NCBI GenBank assembly: GCA_900617105.1
Contig: UYFQ01000001.1
Coordinates: 1,364,001-1,428,000, forward strand
Length of the DNA stretch: 64,000 nucleotides
Direction of reading: 5' to 3'
DNA from: Hydrurus foetidus
Taxonomy: Eukaryota
Part shown: piece by piece, positions 50,276 to 59,946 of the stretch
How the letters are laid out: each line of letters opens with the position of its first letter
Position numbering within the stretch: position 1 is the stretch's first letter
Made by a program: the position numbers and the translations under genes
The notes under the pieces: model-generated
The model's database searches: none
What the model was told of the DNA's origin: nothing
The model's input: only the letters and a program-made list of their open reading frames with translations

Positions 50276-51199
50276 TTAGTTGGCATTGATGGCCATGTCG
50301 GCACGCACCTTGGACACGACGCCACCCCAGTTGCCATTGGTGTAATGGTTCAGCGCTTCGGCATCGTCACGGAACACCACCGAGTGGTTGCTCCATTTGG
50401 TCTTGCCACCTTCATTCGCAGCGGTGCCCAATGTCAAATCGTTGCAAAACCAGTCCGATGGGTTGCAAAAACCAGCGCCACCGCTGCCCGAGACGCCACC
50501 TGACGAGTGGTAAGCGACGGACTCATCGTCTTGCCCCGGCAAAATACCCGAGTACAACGTGCCTTTGGCGCCCGCATACATGTAAAACGGTTTGGCACGG
50601 GTTTGGTTGTGGTCGTACAGGGCGCGTGCAGTGGCTGTCTTCAAGTCTTGGGTGAGTGCGTCGGACACCGCCCAGCTGCCCACATCGGCCAACTCGCTGC
50701 CGCCAGCGGCACCAGCGGCCACATCCACCCACTTGATATTCCAGCCCGTTTGGGTGGTGCCATCAGAATTTCCACAAGCGCCCGATGCAGCAGGGGCCGC
50801 ATTTTTCTTGTAGCGGGCGGTGCCGCCATACAGCGACAGCGCATAGCCAATTTGCAAATTGCCCGCACTGTGCGCTGCCACATAGCACCAGTTGGTGCCT
50901 GTGCAATAGCAATCCAGGGCATCACGAATGCGGTAGTTTTGGTCTGCAATATGGCTGGATCCGTCCCAGTTCACTGATTTTTTATTCACCCCCGCAGCGG
51001 TAGCCGATGGCCCCCAGTAGGTGAAATCTGCATAGTTAGCCTGTGCACCGCCGCCATTGCGCCCATTGATCCACAGCGAATAGTTGGTGGCATACACACC
51101 GCCAGCCACGCAAGTCAACAGCGATGCCGCCACCACAGCAGCACGCCGAGAAAACCGCTTTGACAAACCTTGGAACTTAGAACGCATTGTGGAACGCAT
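50276..51199 (-). CDS. Secreted alpha/beta-hydrolase (lipase-like)
   Basis: Signal peptide (SRR, VYA cleavage), AHSAG nucleophile elbow, GQDDESV acid, NHY His, 6 Cys in mature part; AGGAG RBS. Confidence 0.75.
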   Translation of the reverse strand: MRSTMRSKFQGLSKRFSRRAAVVAASLLTCVAGGVYATNYSLWINGRNGGGAQANYADFTYWGPSATAAGVNKKSVNWDGSSHIADQNYRIRDALDCYCTGTNWCYVAAHSAGNLQIGYALSLYGGTARYKKNAAPAASGACGNSDGTTQTGWNIKWVDVAAGAAGGSELADVGSWAVSDALTQDLKTATARALYDHNQTRAKPFYMYAGAKGTLYSGILPGQDDESVAYHSSGGVSGSGGAGFCNPSDWFCNDLTLGTAANEGGKTKWSNHSVVFRDDAEALNHYTNGNWGGVVSKVRADMAINAN

Positions 51200-51297
51200 G
51201 AATGACTCCTGAATAGAACGACCGTGCTTTTCATTGTGTTCGATGCCATGCGCAACATCAAGTAGTGAATACCCGTTAAGCACACAAGGCTTGGGGT

Positions 51298-52332
51298 TTA
51301 TAGCTTGCGCCGCACTTGTCGCACAGCAAGCGTGGGGGCGAAATAAGCCTTTCGCCGCTGCGCAGGGGGCGTTGCGCGCATGTGTGCTGCTGATACTGCG
51401 GGTGAAAGACTGGAGCGCAAAACCTCAATCTCTTCAACCCGCTGCGCAAGCTGCTCGCGCAGCGCAAGCGCATGGCTGTCGAGTTCATGGTTGCGCAGGC
51501 GTTGGCCGTCCAACACTGCTTGCTGCTGTAGCGCTTGCTGCCGGTGCAGCTCAGTATCACTGGCATGGGTGCGTCTTGCTTGCTCCAAATCTTTTTGGTT
51601 TTTGAGGGCGTTGCCGCGCTCACGGTCAATATCGAGCAGCACACGCTTCACATCCTCGGCATGCCGGGATTCTGCGGCCAGCGCGATGGCTCGTTGCTGC
51701 GCCAACTCGTGCGTCAAGCGCTGCTGCGCAGCATTGAAGCCGTCTACCAGCGTTTGACGTTCCCCAGCCTGCGCATCCACTTGGCGCTGCAAAGCCACGC
51801 CCTCCCCCTGCGTGCGCGACAACTCAGCCTGCATCAGCTGCAACTGCTGCTGCGTGGTTTGCAGCGTTTGCTGCTCGTCGCGCAGCTTCAGCGCCAGCTC
51901 CATACCGCGCTGCTGTGCCGCATGCACCAAAGCATCAGCCGCCAACACCCTCGCCTTCGCATCGTTTTGCAAGGACTCCACCGCCTCCAGCGCCGCTGCC
52001 TGCGCCCTCTGCCAAAGGGCCGCAACCATCTCGCCCGCCGTGTCTTGCAGCGAGGCGGGCAAATCAGGGTGCTCGATGCGAACCCGGCTTTTGTCCCGCA
52101 GGGTGGCCCAAAACCGCGTCAATGCCTCGGCAGGTGCGCTCATGCTGCCTTTGCGCACCAACTGGTACAGCCGGTTTGCCGTAGGCGTGATGCCGTGCCG
52201 GAAAAACAGCAACACGCAGACCTCACGGTACAGCGCCTGCGTTTCGGGGTATTGCGCCCTCAAAACATCAATTTCTGCCTGCAAATCGGCATCAGAGGGG
52301 CTTGGGACTGCGCTGGGTGTTGGATTTATCAT
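51298..52332 (-). CDS. KfrA-N DNA-binding coiled-coil protein (TnpT-like)
   Basis: GITPTANRLYQLVRKGSMS HTH, LW..A, long coiled coil. Confidence 0.82.
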   Translation of the reverse strand: MINPTPSAVPSPSDADLQAEIDVLRAQYPETQALYREVCVLLFFRHGITPTANRLYQLVRKGSMSAPAEALTRFWATLRDKSRVRIEHPDLPASLQDTAGEMVAALWQRAQAAALEAVESLQNDAKARVLAADALVHAAQQRGMELALKLRDEQQTLQTTQQQLQLMQAELSRTQGEGVALQRQVDAQAGERQTLVDGFNAAQQRLTHELAQQRAIALAAESRHAEDVKRVLLDIDRERGNALKNQKDLEQARRTHASDTELHRQQALQQQAVLDGQRLRNHELDSHALALREQLAQRVEEIEVLRSSLSPAVSAAHMRATPPAQRRKAYFAPTLAVRQVRRKL

Positions 52333-52386
52333 GATTTGCAAATAATACAACATATTACGTATTTAAATAAAATACAGAACAAAATC

Positions 52387-52414
52387 TATGGACATAATCT
52401 TTATAATGTCCATA
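52387..52414. promoter_or_regulatory. Putative tyrosine-recombinase core site (11-6-11, dif-like)
   Basis: TATGGACATAA-TCTTTA-TAATGTCCATA; arms 10/11 complementary; 8 bp upstream of recombinase ATG. Confidence 0.65.
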
Positions 52415-52422
52415 ATTAGCCC

Positions 52423-53682
52423 ATGAACGAACCAAATCCATCTGTTTCTGAGGTTTCCGTGCCTTTCGCTTTGTTGACCCTGGACAAAATACCCATCCCA
52501 GCCCAGCGCGATGCCCAAGAAGCCGGAAAAGGCCAAAATTCGGGTCAAAACGAGGGGCGCAATCGTGCCGCCACGCCCGGCCAATTGGCGGCTGTGGACG
52601 ACCGCTCCGCCGTGCTCGCATGGTTGGCACGCTATGCCGACTCCCCCGCCACGCTGGCGAGTTACCGCAAAGAAGCGGAACGGTTGATGCTGTGGTGTGC
52701 GGTACAGCACGGCGTGGTGCTGTCTGATCTGACGCATGAAGACTTGCTGGTCTACCAGCGCTTTCTGGCCGATCCGCAACCGGCTGAACGCTGGGTATTG
52801 CCGTTGGGGCCAGAAGGCAAACCGGTGCAAAAACCCAGCCGTGACTCCCTGCTGTGGCGGCCCTTCGCTGGGCCATTGAGTGCGGCCAGCCAGCGGCAAG
52901 CACAGTCCATCCTGAACGCGATGTTCGCGTGGCTGGTCGCGGCTGGCTATTTGGCGGGCAACCCTATGGCCTTGGGGCGGCGTAAAAAGCGGATGCTCGC
53001 GCCTCGCATCAGCCGCTTTTTACCCACAGCGCACTGGGAAGCCGTTAAAGACACCATCCAAGCGATGCCACGCACGACTGAACGCGAAAAACGCCACGCT
53101 GCTCGCGTGCGCTGGCTGTTCTCGTTGTTGTATCTGGGAGGCTTTCGCGTCTCAGAGATTTGCGGCACCGCCATGGGCTGCTTCTTCAGCCGCAGCGGCA
53201 CCGATGGCCGCGACCGCTGGTGGCTGGAGGTCACAGGCAAAGGTGGCAAAACCCGCTTGGTGCCTGCAACTGTTGAATTGATGGATGAACTGATGGCCTA
53301 CCGCGAAGCTCTCGACTTGAGTACGCTGCCCTTTGAAGGCGACACCACTCCCTTGATCCTGCCTGTGATAGGCCCCTTGAAACCAATGGCCCGCACCGCC
53401 ATCCATGAGATCGTTAAAGCCGTGATGAAAGACAGTGCCACACGCCTGCGCCAAAAAGGCCCCGAGTTTGAAGCAGCCGCAGCGCACATCGAACAAGCCT
53501 CAACCCACTGGATGCGCCACACAGCGGGCAGCCATTTAAGCGAAAAAGCAGATTTGAAAGTGGTGCGCGACAACCTGGGCCACGCCAACATCAGCACCAC
53601 CAGCATTTACCTGCACTCAGAAGACGATGCTCGACATGACGCGACGACGGCAGTGCATAAGGTGGGGTGGAAACGGGGTTGA
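52423..53682 (+). CDS. Tyrosine recombinase/integrase (TnpS-like)
   Basis: Catalytic R (GFRVSE), K (TGKGGK), HWMRHT, LGHANISTTSIY. Confidence 0.93.
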   Translation: MNEPNPSVSEVSVPFALLTLDKIPIPAQRDAQEAGKGQNSGQNEGRNRAATPGQLAAVDDRSAVLAWLARYADSPATLASYRKEAERLMLWCAVQHGVVLSDLTHEDLLVYQRFLADPQPAERWVLPLGPEGKPVQKPSRDSLLWRPFAGPLSAASQRQAQSILNAMFAWLVAAGYLAGNPMALGRRKKRMLAPRISRFLPTAHWEAVKDTIQAMPRTTEREKRHAARVRWLFSLLYLGGFRVSEICGTAMGCFFSRSGTDGRDRWWLEVTGKGGKTRLVPATVELMDELMAYREALDLSTLPFEGDTTPLILPVIGPLKPMARTAIHEIVKAVMKDSATRLRQKGPEFEAAAAHIEQASTHWMRHTAGSHLSEKADLKVVRDNLGHANISTTSIYLHSEDDARHDATTAVHKVGWKRG

Positions 53683-53873
53683 CCAGCGTCTGATCCACCA
53701 TAACATCCAGCCAACGCCGACATCACCCCCCTCGTTGACCTACGTAAAATACGCTTAGATGCGAAAATCCAAGCGGCCCTCACACGGCTCCGTGCAGATG
53801 TACGGCCTGTGCCGCAGCCATCCACGACGGCATCCCACTCACTCGCCCGCCCCCAACACCCAAGAAAGCCCCC

Positions 53874-54701
53874 ATGACCTATTGTGTCGCCATCAAACTC
53901 AATGCCGGACTCGTCTTTCTCTCTGATTCACGTACCAACGCCGGTCTTGACCAGATCAGCACGTTCCGCAAAATGATCGTCTACGAAAAGACCAACGACC
54001 GCTTCATGGTGCTGCTGTCGGCGGGCAACCTGAGCATCTCGCAATCGGTGCGTGAGATTTTGCAAGTAGAGCAGCTCCAAGCAGAAGGCACAGGCGAGCC
54101 CATCACCATTTGGAACGCCAAAAGCATGTTCGATGCCGCCCGCGTGCTGGGCGCAGCTGTGCGCCATGTGTACGAGCGCGACGCAGAAGCCCTTAAGCAG
54201 GCCGGAGTGGACTTCAATGTCTCGCTGGTGTTTGGCGGGCAGATCAAGGGCGAAGGAATGCGCTTGTTCCAGGTGTATTCCGCAGGCAACTTCATCGAAG
54301 CTACACCCGAGACACCTTACTTTCAGGTGGGTGAATCCAAGTACGGCAAGCCCGTTCTTGACCGTGTGATCACCCCCGCCACACCACTGGACGAAGCGGC
54401 CAAATGCGCGCTAGTGTCTATGGATTCCACGCTCAAATCTAACCTGTCAGTCGGTTTGCCGCTGGATTTGGTGGTGTATGAAGCCGACTCGTTTCATACC
54501 GACAAAATCGTCTGCGTGGACGAGCACAACCCTTACTTTCAGATGCTTCATGGCAGCTGGGGCCAAAAGCTGCGCGAGGTATTCGACAGCATTGAAGATC
54601 CGATGTGGACAGGAGGCGCAACCGATATCCCGCTGATGGTCAGCTCGGGGCGAAGTGTGCCGCTGCGCAAAATTGCGTCACCTGAAGAAAAACTGATTTG
54701 A
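53874..54701 (+). CDS. Proteasome-type protease (Anbu)
   Basis: MTYC N-terminal Thr nucleophile, SDSRTNAG, GNFI, GESKYGKP, STLKSNLSVG. Confidence 0.92.
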   Translation: MTYCVAIKLNAGLVFLSDSRTNAGLDQISTFRKMIVYEKTNDRFMVLLSAGNLSISQSVREILQVEQLQAEGTGEPITIWNAKSMFDAARVLGAAVRHVYERDAEALKQAGVDFNVSLVFGGQIKGEGMRLFQVYSAGNFIEATPETPYFQVGESKYGKPVLDRVITPATPLDEAAKCALVSMDSTLKSNLSVGLPLDLVVYEADSFHTDKIVCVDEHNPYFQMLHGSWGQKLREVFDSIEDPMWTGGATDIPLMVSSGRSVPLRKIASPEEKLI

Positions 54702-54720
54702 ACAGAGCGCTGTACATCCT

Positions 54721-55566
54721 ATGAGTCTGCTCGTTTTCTCCCACGCCAACAGCTTCCCAGCAAGCACCTACCGCGAATTGTTCAAGCTGCTACGCGCTCG
54801 TGGTTTCACGGTGAAAGCCGTGGACAAGTTTGGGCATGACCCGGCATACCCCGTCAGCAACAACTGGCCACATTTGGTACAGCAGTTGGCTGATTTCACA
54901 CAAAAAGAAAGTGACAAAGCGGGAGAACAGGCCTTTTTGGTAGGCCACTCTTTGGGTGGTTTTTTGAGCCTGATGGCAGCTGCCCGTCACCCAGAACTGG
55001 CGCGGGCGGTCTTGTTGCTGGACTCACCCTTACTGGGCGGCTGGAAAGCGGCCACGCTGGGTGTCATCAAGCGCACGGATTTGGTGGGCAGTTTTTCGCC
55101 AGGCGCTATCAGTCAAAAACGCCGTGAAAGCTGGCCCAACGAAGCTGCGGCTCTGGCGCATTTTCAAAGTAAAAAAGCCTTTGCCCGCTGGGATACGCGG
55201 GTTTTGCAAGATTACATTGCCCACGGCACGCACGATGTAACAAACAAAACCGACAAGGCCAGCAAACCAGCCACAAAACCAACAACCATGCGCGTGCTGA
55301 GCTTTGAGCGCGACATTGAAACCACCATCTACAACACATTGCCCTCCAACTTGGAGGCCTTGCTGCGCCGCCATCCCCTCAAGTGCCCGGTGGCGTTCAT
55401 GGGCGGTTTGCAATCGGTGGAGATGAAGCGCGTGGGCATGGCGTTGACCGAGAGGCTCACCAAAGGCCGTATCAGCATGATGGACGGCAGCCATTTGTTT
55501 CCCATGGAAAAACCACTGGCAACAGCAGCGGCGATTGAGGCATCGCTGCGGGGTATTTCAACCTGA
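54721..55566 (+). CDS. Alpha/beta fold hydrolase
   Basis: HANSF, GHSLGG, GSHLFPME. Confidence 0.88.
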   Translation: MSLLVFSHANSFPASTYRELFKLLRARGFTVKAVDKFGHDPAYPVSNNWPHLVQQLADFTQKESDKAGEQAFLVGHSLGGFLSLMAAARHPELARAVLLLDSPLLGGWKAATLGVIKRTDLVGSFSPGAISQKRRESWPNEAAALAHFQSKKAFARWDTRVLQDYIAHGTHDVTNKTDKASKPATKPTTMRVLSFERDIETTIYNTLPSNLEALLRRHPLKCPVAFMGGLQSVEMKRVGMALTERLTKGRISMMDGSHLFPMEKPLATAAAIEASLRGIST

Positions 55567-55634
55567 GCTAAGGGCGGCGTAACGCTCTTAGCCTTTGCAC
55601 CTGGGGCTTGAAACCGCCAACCGATAGAGGATGG

Positions 55635-56756
55635 CTACTCAGGTTTAACTGCCAAGTTAATTTTTAAATTGAGAGCAAACCGCGCCCGGTAATCTAGCGG
55701 TGTTACGCCAAATTGCCTTAGAAAAGCGCGGCGCAGATTCTGCACACTGCCCAGGCCACATTCCACGGCAATGCGCTTAAGGGGTTTGCCACTGACCTCC
55801 AGCAGCCCGCACGCCGCCTCAAGCCGCATGGCCTCCACGCTGCGTGCGGGGGTACGTTGGACGAGTGCGGCGTAGGTGCGGGCAAAGCTTCGTGGGGTCA
55901 TGTTCAGCTGCTCGGCCAAACGCTCTACACACAAATCGTCTTGCAGGTGCTCGGCCATCCAGGCGTGCAGCGCTGAAAACCGCGCATTCGCCGTCTGCTG
56001 AATCAGGGGAACGCTGAACTGCGATTGACCTCCTGGTCGCTTCAAAAACACCACCATTCGGCGTGCCACCTGCATGGCCTGGGCGTGGCCCAAATCGGCC
56101 TCTACCAAGGCCAACGCCAAGTCGATGCCCGCTGACACGCCAGCGGAAGTCCACAGTTTGCCGTCACACACGTAAATCGCATCAGGCTCCAAGCGCACCC
56201 GAGGCTCCACTTGGCGCAGCGTCTCGCTGGCTTGCCAGTGGGTGGTGGCCCGGCGATGGGCGAGCAACCCCGCACCGGCCAGCGCAAACGCACCAGTACA
56301 CACCGAGCACACACGCCGCACGCGCGGGGCCGTGGCGGCAATCCAATCCACCATCGGTTGGGGGGCAAACGGGTGGTAGTTGGGGCCGCCGCCAGGAATG
56401 ATGAGGGTGTCGATAGCGTACTCATCTGACGCGGACAGCAAGGCATCCAGTGTGCTGACAGGCTCCGTCAACACCGACAAGCCCGCCGAAGTGCGCACCA
56501 AGCCACCGGTCATGGACAACACCAAAATCCGGTACGGCGGTGGCCCCGAGGCCAGCACCCGGCAAGGTTGCGAAAACACCTCCAGCGGCCCGGTCACGTC
56601 CAGCACGTTCACGCTGTCGCACAGCAAAAAAACGACCAACCGAGGCGACGATGAGGGCAGTGGAAGAACGGGAAAAACTGGTAATGGGGCAAGAAAAGAG
56701 GAGACCATGTCCGCATTTTCAAACAATGGTGCCAACAATGGCTCAATCAATGCCAT
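55635..56756 (-). CDS. GlxA-family regulator (DJ-1/PfpI + AraC HTH)
   Basis: SVCTGAF, ATTHW, TSAGVSAGID, KRPGGQSQFS, AraC C-terminus; start uncertain. Confidence 0.9.
   Translation of the reverse strand: MALIEPLLAPLFENADMVSSFLAPLPVFPVLPLPSSSPRLVVFLLCDSVNVLDVTGPLEVFSQPCRVLASGPPPYRILVLSMTGGLVRTSAGLSVLTEPVSTLDALLSASDEYAIDTLIIPGGGPNYHPFAPQPMVDWIAATAPRVRRVCSVCTGAFALAGAGLLAHRRATTHWQASETLRQVEPRVRLEPDAIYVCDGKLWTSAGVSAGIDLALALVEADLGHAQAMQVARRMVVFLKRPGGQSQFSVPLIQQTANARFSALHAWMAEHLQDDLCVERLAEQLNMTPRSFARTYAALVQRTPARSVEAMRLEAACGLLEVSGKPLKRIAVECGLGSVQNLRRAFLRQFGVTPLDYRARFALNLKINLAVKPE
55660..55713 (+). repeat. Motif copy 8 (3' end of GlxA regulator)
   Basis: ATTTTTAAATTGAGAGC AAACCG CGCCCGGTAATCTAGCG. 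Confidence 0.5.
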
Positions 56757-56766
56757 CAAAACGCCC

Positions 56767-58035
56767 TCACCCACCGACTCGGCGCTCATGCCATGCCCAC
56801 ACCAGCGTGGCCAGCACGGCCAGCGCAAGTAAAGGCAGCACCGCCGCGTTCATCTGCGCCCAACCCAGGCGAATCAGCAATTGCCCGGCCCCCAGCGAGG
56901 CCAAGGCGGTGGCGGCAAACGTCGCAAACTCGCTGGTGGCCTGCGCTTTGCCTTGCTCAGCAGGACGGTAAGAACGCGCCAAGAGCGTGGTGCCCCCGAC
57001 AAACATGAAATTCCAGCCCAAACCTAGGCACAGCAAGGCGGCGTAAAAGCCCATCAAGGTGGGGGTCATGCTGGCCAGCGCCACGCACGCGGCACACAGC
57101 GCGGAGCCTGCCAGCAGCACCGCCGTCACGCCGCAACGCTGGATCAACCAGCCGGTGAAAAACGAGGGCGCGTACATGGCGACCAAATGCCACTGAATCA
57201 CGCCCACGCTGTCGTCGATGCCAAAGCTGCACGCCATCATGGCCAGCGGTGTCGCCGTCATGATGAACATCATCACCGCATAGCCCACCATGTTGTTCGC
57301 CAAAGCAGCGATGAACACCGGCTGGCGCAGGATGTCCGCCATGGGCCGTGCAGGGAGTGCTTGAGGTGCCACTATTGAGGCGCTGGCATCGGCATGAGAT
57401 GCAGCCGTAGCGTCCGTGTACTGCCACAACAACAGCAGCACCGACAGCAGCCCCAGCAGCGTCACCACCGCATAAGCCCCCGCAAACGCATTGCCCGGCA
57501 CGGCTCCTCGGCTCCATTGCCCGACCAACGGCCCCAGCACCGCTGCAATCACGCCGCCTGTCATCACCAGAGAGATGGCGCGGCCCTTGCGCTCCAGCGC
57601 CACACCGTCAGCCGCGGCCAAACGGTAATACTGGGCAAACGCCTGGAACACCCCGATGCAGGCTGCGCCCACGCAAAACAACACAAAATCACCCTGCAAA
57701 ATCGCACGGATAGCCACCAAGCCCCCCGCCACGCAGACCAATGCCCCCGCCGCAAACCCCAGGCGACGCCCGATGCGCTGCATCCACAACGACGCAAACA
57801 CCGTGGTCAGCGCGGCAGCCACGGTAATCAATGAGAACGGCAAAGTGGCATAAGCCTTGTCGCTCGCCAGCGAATAGCCCACCAAACCCGTGAGCGTCAG
57901 GTTGATGGACATGGCGGAGACAAAAAGGGCTTGGCAAATAGCCAAAACCCAAGCGTTGCGCCAGCCTGTATGCAAGGCTGAGGTGCCATCGGGTGAAGAT
58001 TCAAGAATGCTTGCGCGAAGACTTTTGGAATGCAT
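56767..58035 (-). CDS. MFS transporter
   Basis: 12 TM, MQRIGRR, YRLAAAD, GWNFMFVGGT. Confidence 0.9.
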   Translation of the reverse strand: MHSKSLRASILESSPDGTSALHTGWRNAWVLAICQALFVSAMSINLTLTGLVGYSLASDKAYATLPFSLITVAAALTTVFASLWMQRIGRRLGFAAGALVCVAGGLVAIRAILQGDFVLFCVGAACIGVFQAFAQYYRLAAADGVALERKGRAISLVMTGGVIAAVLGPLVGQWSRGAVPGNAFAGAYAVVTLLGLLSVLLLLWQYTDATAASHADASASIVAPQALPARPMADILRQPVFIAALANNMVGYAVMMFIMTATPLAMMACSFGIDDSVGVIQWHLVAMYAPSFFTGWLIQRCGVTAVLLAGSALCAACVALASMTPTLMGFYAALLCLGLGWNFMFVGGTTLLARSYRPAEQGKAQATSEFATFAATALASLGAGQLLIRLGWAQMNAAVLPLLALAVLATLVWAWHERRVGG

Positions 58036-58156
58036 GCTAGGGGCCCGTCAGTGGAAAGAACACCGCAAGTTTTACCGAGGCAGCGTTGGCCAGAAAGACA
58101 ATCAAGCATCAATTCCTGCCAATTGAACAGCCCGGCAGACTCCCTACAATCGTTCC

Positions 58157-58891
58157 ATGACATCTTCCGACGACACAGTGGCTCAGCGTGCAGCCTTCAA
58201 AGCAGGGGCTTTAAGCTGCCTGCAATTCCTCCCCTCCTACATCCCCTTTGGCTTGGTTTGCGGCGTGGCCGCTGTGCAGGCTGGCTTGGGCGAATGGGGG
58301 GCGGTCGCTCTGGCGGCGTTTGCTTTTGCGGGTTCTGCGCAGGCGGTGTTGACGCAGTTTTTGGGCAGCGGCGCACCCTTGGCCATCGCCATCCTCTCGG
58401 GGCTGGTAGTGAACTTGCGTATGGCGGTTTACAGTGCCGCCATTTCGCCACGCATTGCGGGGGCTACCCCCAAGCAGCGCCTGCTATGGGCCGCGTTTTT
58501 GGTCGACCAAACCTTCATCAACAACGAAATGCGGCACCAGCGGGGCGCACACATGAACCACCCTCTCTCGTTCTACATGGGATGCTCGCTGGTGATGTGG
58601 CCCTGGTGGATTTTGGTTAACGCGATCGGTGCGTTCGCCGGTGCCAAACTGCCGGCCAGCTGGCAACTGGAGTTCACCATTCCGCTGTCGTTTGTGGCGA
58701 TGGTGGTGCCGATGCTCAAATCCCGCAGCCAAATTTGTGCAGCGTTGGTCGGTGGTGCTGCCGGAGTGGTGCTGTTTGCGCTGCCCCTCAAACTGGGCCT
58801 GATCGCCGCCTGCGCGCTGGGGGCTTGCGCGGGGCTGCTGGTGGACACCTTGACGGTCACGCCAAACACATCCAAAGAGGTGGCACCATGA
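58157..58891 (+). CDS. AzlC-family branched-chain amino acid exporter
   Basis: FAGSAQ, VNLRM..YS, LVDQTF. Confidence 0.88.
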   Translation: MTSSDDTVAQRAAFKAGALSCLQFLPSYIPFGLVCGVAAVQAGLGEWGAVALAAFAFAGSAQAVLTQFLGSGAPLAIAILSGLVVNLRMAVYSAAISPRIAGATPKQRLLWAAFLVDQTFINNEMRHQRGAHMNHPLSFYMGCSLVMWPWWILVNAIGAFAGAKLPASWQLEFTIPLSFVAMVVPMLKSRSQICAALVGGAAGVVLFALPLKLGLIAACALGACAGLLVDTLTVTPNTSKEVAP

Positions 58892-59265
58892 ATGGCCCCC
58901 TAAGTGGCAACCTGATCGTCTCCAGCTGGGGCACCTGGCAAGGCTGGCTGGCCATCGCAGGCTTGTCATTGGGCACGTTTGCCATTCGCTATTCTTTCAT
59001 CGGCCTGCTGGCGGGTAAAAAGCTGCCCCCTCGCTTAGAGCGTGGGCTTCAATTGGCTGTGCCCGCTATTTTTGCAGCCTTGGTGCTGCCCTTGATCGTG
59101 CTGTCTGCGGGGCAATTCGACATGGCCGTGCGCTGGCCCCACATGGTGGCCGCGCTGGTGACAGGGGGCTATGCGTGGTGGCGTGGCGGGCTGCTGGTGT
59201 CGATCGCGCTGGGGATGGGGACGCTGCATGGGCTGCTGTGGTGGATGAATGGAGCAATGCTTTAA
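58888..59265 (+). CDS. AzlD-family protein
   Basis: TFAIRYSF, VPAIFAALV; ATGA overlap with azlC. Confidence 0.85.
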   Translation: MNGPLSGNLIVSSWGTWQGWLAIAGLSLGTFAIRYSFIGLLAGKKLPPRLERGLQLAVPAIFAALVLPLIVLSAGQFDMAVRWPHMVAALVTGGYAWWRGGLLVSIALGMGTLHGLLWWMNGAML

Positions 59266-59316
59266 TAGCGTAACCTGACACCTACCCCAACATCCAAACC
59301 AATCCAATCCAGAACC

Positions 59317-59946
59317 ATGAGCACCGTCCACCACATCACCCACCCTCTCGTCCAGCACAAACTCACGCTGATGCGCAACAAAGAGGCCAGCACCAACAGC
59401 TTTCGCCGCCTGCTCAACGAGTTGGCTTCTCTGATGGCCTATGAGGTCACGCGCGACATGCCGATGCAAGAAGTCACCATCGAAACCCCGCTGGAAACCA
59501 TGACCAGCAAAGTGATTGATGGCAAAAAGCTGGTGTTTGTGTCGATTTTGCGGGCAGGCAACGGCATCCTGGAAGGCATGCTGAACGTGGTGCCGGGCGC
59601 CCGCGTGGGCCATATCGGCCTGTACCGTGACCCCGAAACGCTCAAGCCCGTGGAGTACTACTTCAAGATGCCACAAGACATGGCCGAGCGCGATATCGTG
59701 GTGGTTGACCCGATGCTGGCCACCGGCAATTCAGCCATCGCAGCGGTAGACCGGCTCAAAAAGATGGATCCCAGGTCGATCAAATTCGTCTGCCTGCTGA
59801 CCTGCCCCGAAGGCATCGCAGCCATGCAAGCCGCACACCCGGATGTGGACATCTACACCGCAGCAATTGACCGGCAACTGAACGACCACGGCTACATTTT
59901 GCCGGGTTTGGGCGATGCGGGCGACCGTATTTTTGGGACGAAATAA
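59317..59946 (+). CDS. upp: Uracil phosphoribosyltransferase
   Basis: [33 protein letters not shown]. Confidence 0.97.
   Translation: MSTVHHITHPLVQHKLTLMRNKEASTNSFRRLLNELASLMAYEVTRDMPMQEVTIETPLETMTSKVIDGKKLVFVSILRAGNGILEGMLNVVPGARVGHIGLYRDPETLKPVEYYFKMPQDMAERDIVVVDPMLATGNSAIAAVDRLKKMDPRSIKFVCLLTCPEGIAAMQAAHPDVDIYTAAIDRQLNDHGYILPGLGDAGDRIFGTK

Noticed and set aside
44745..51330. Weak motif-like matches at 44745, 48396 and 51288 (also ~59253 and 63001)
   Set aside because: Only the ATAGC half or an off-register second dyad; not counted without a PWM score.
53720..53765. CCCCC..TACGTAAAATACGCTTAG as a Tn3-family terminal inverted repeat
   Set aside because: Wrong polarity of the G/C run, no partner repeat and no transposase.
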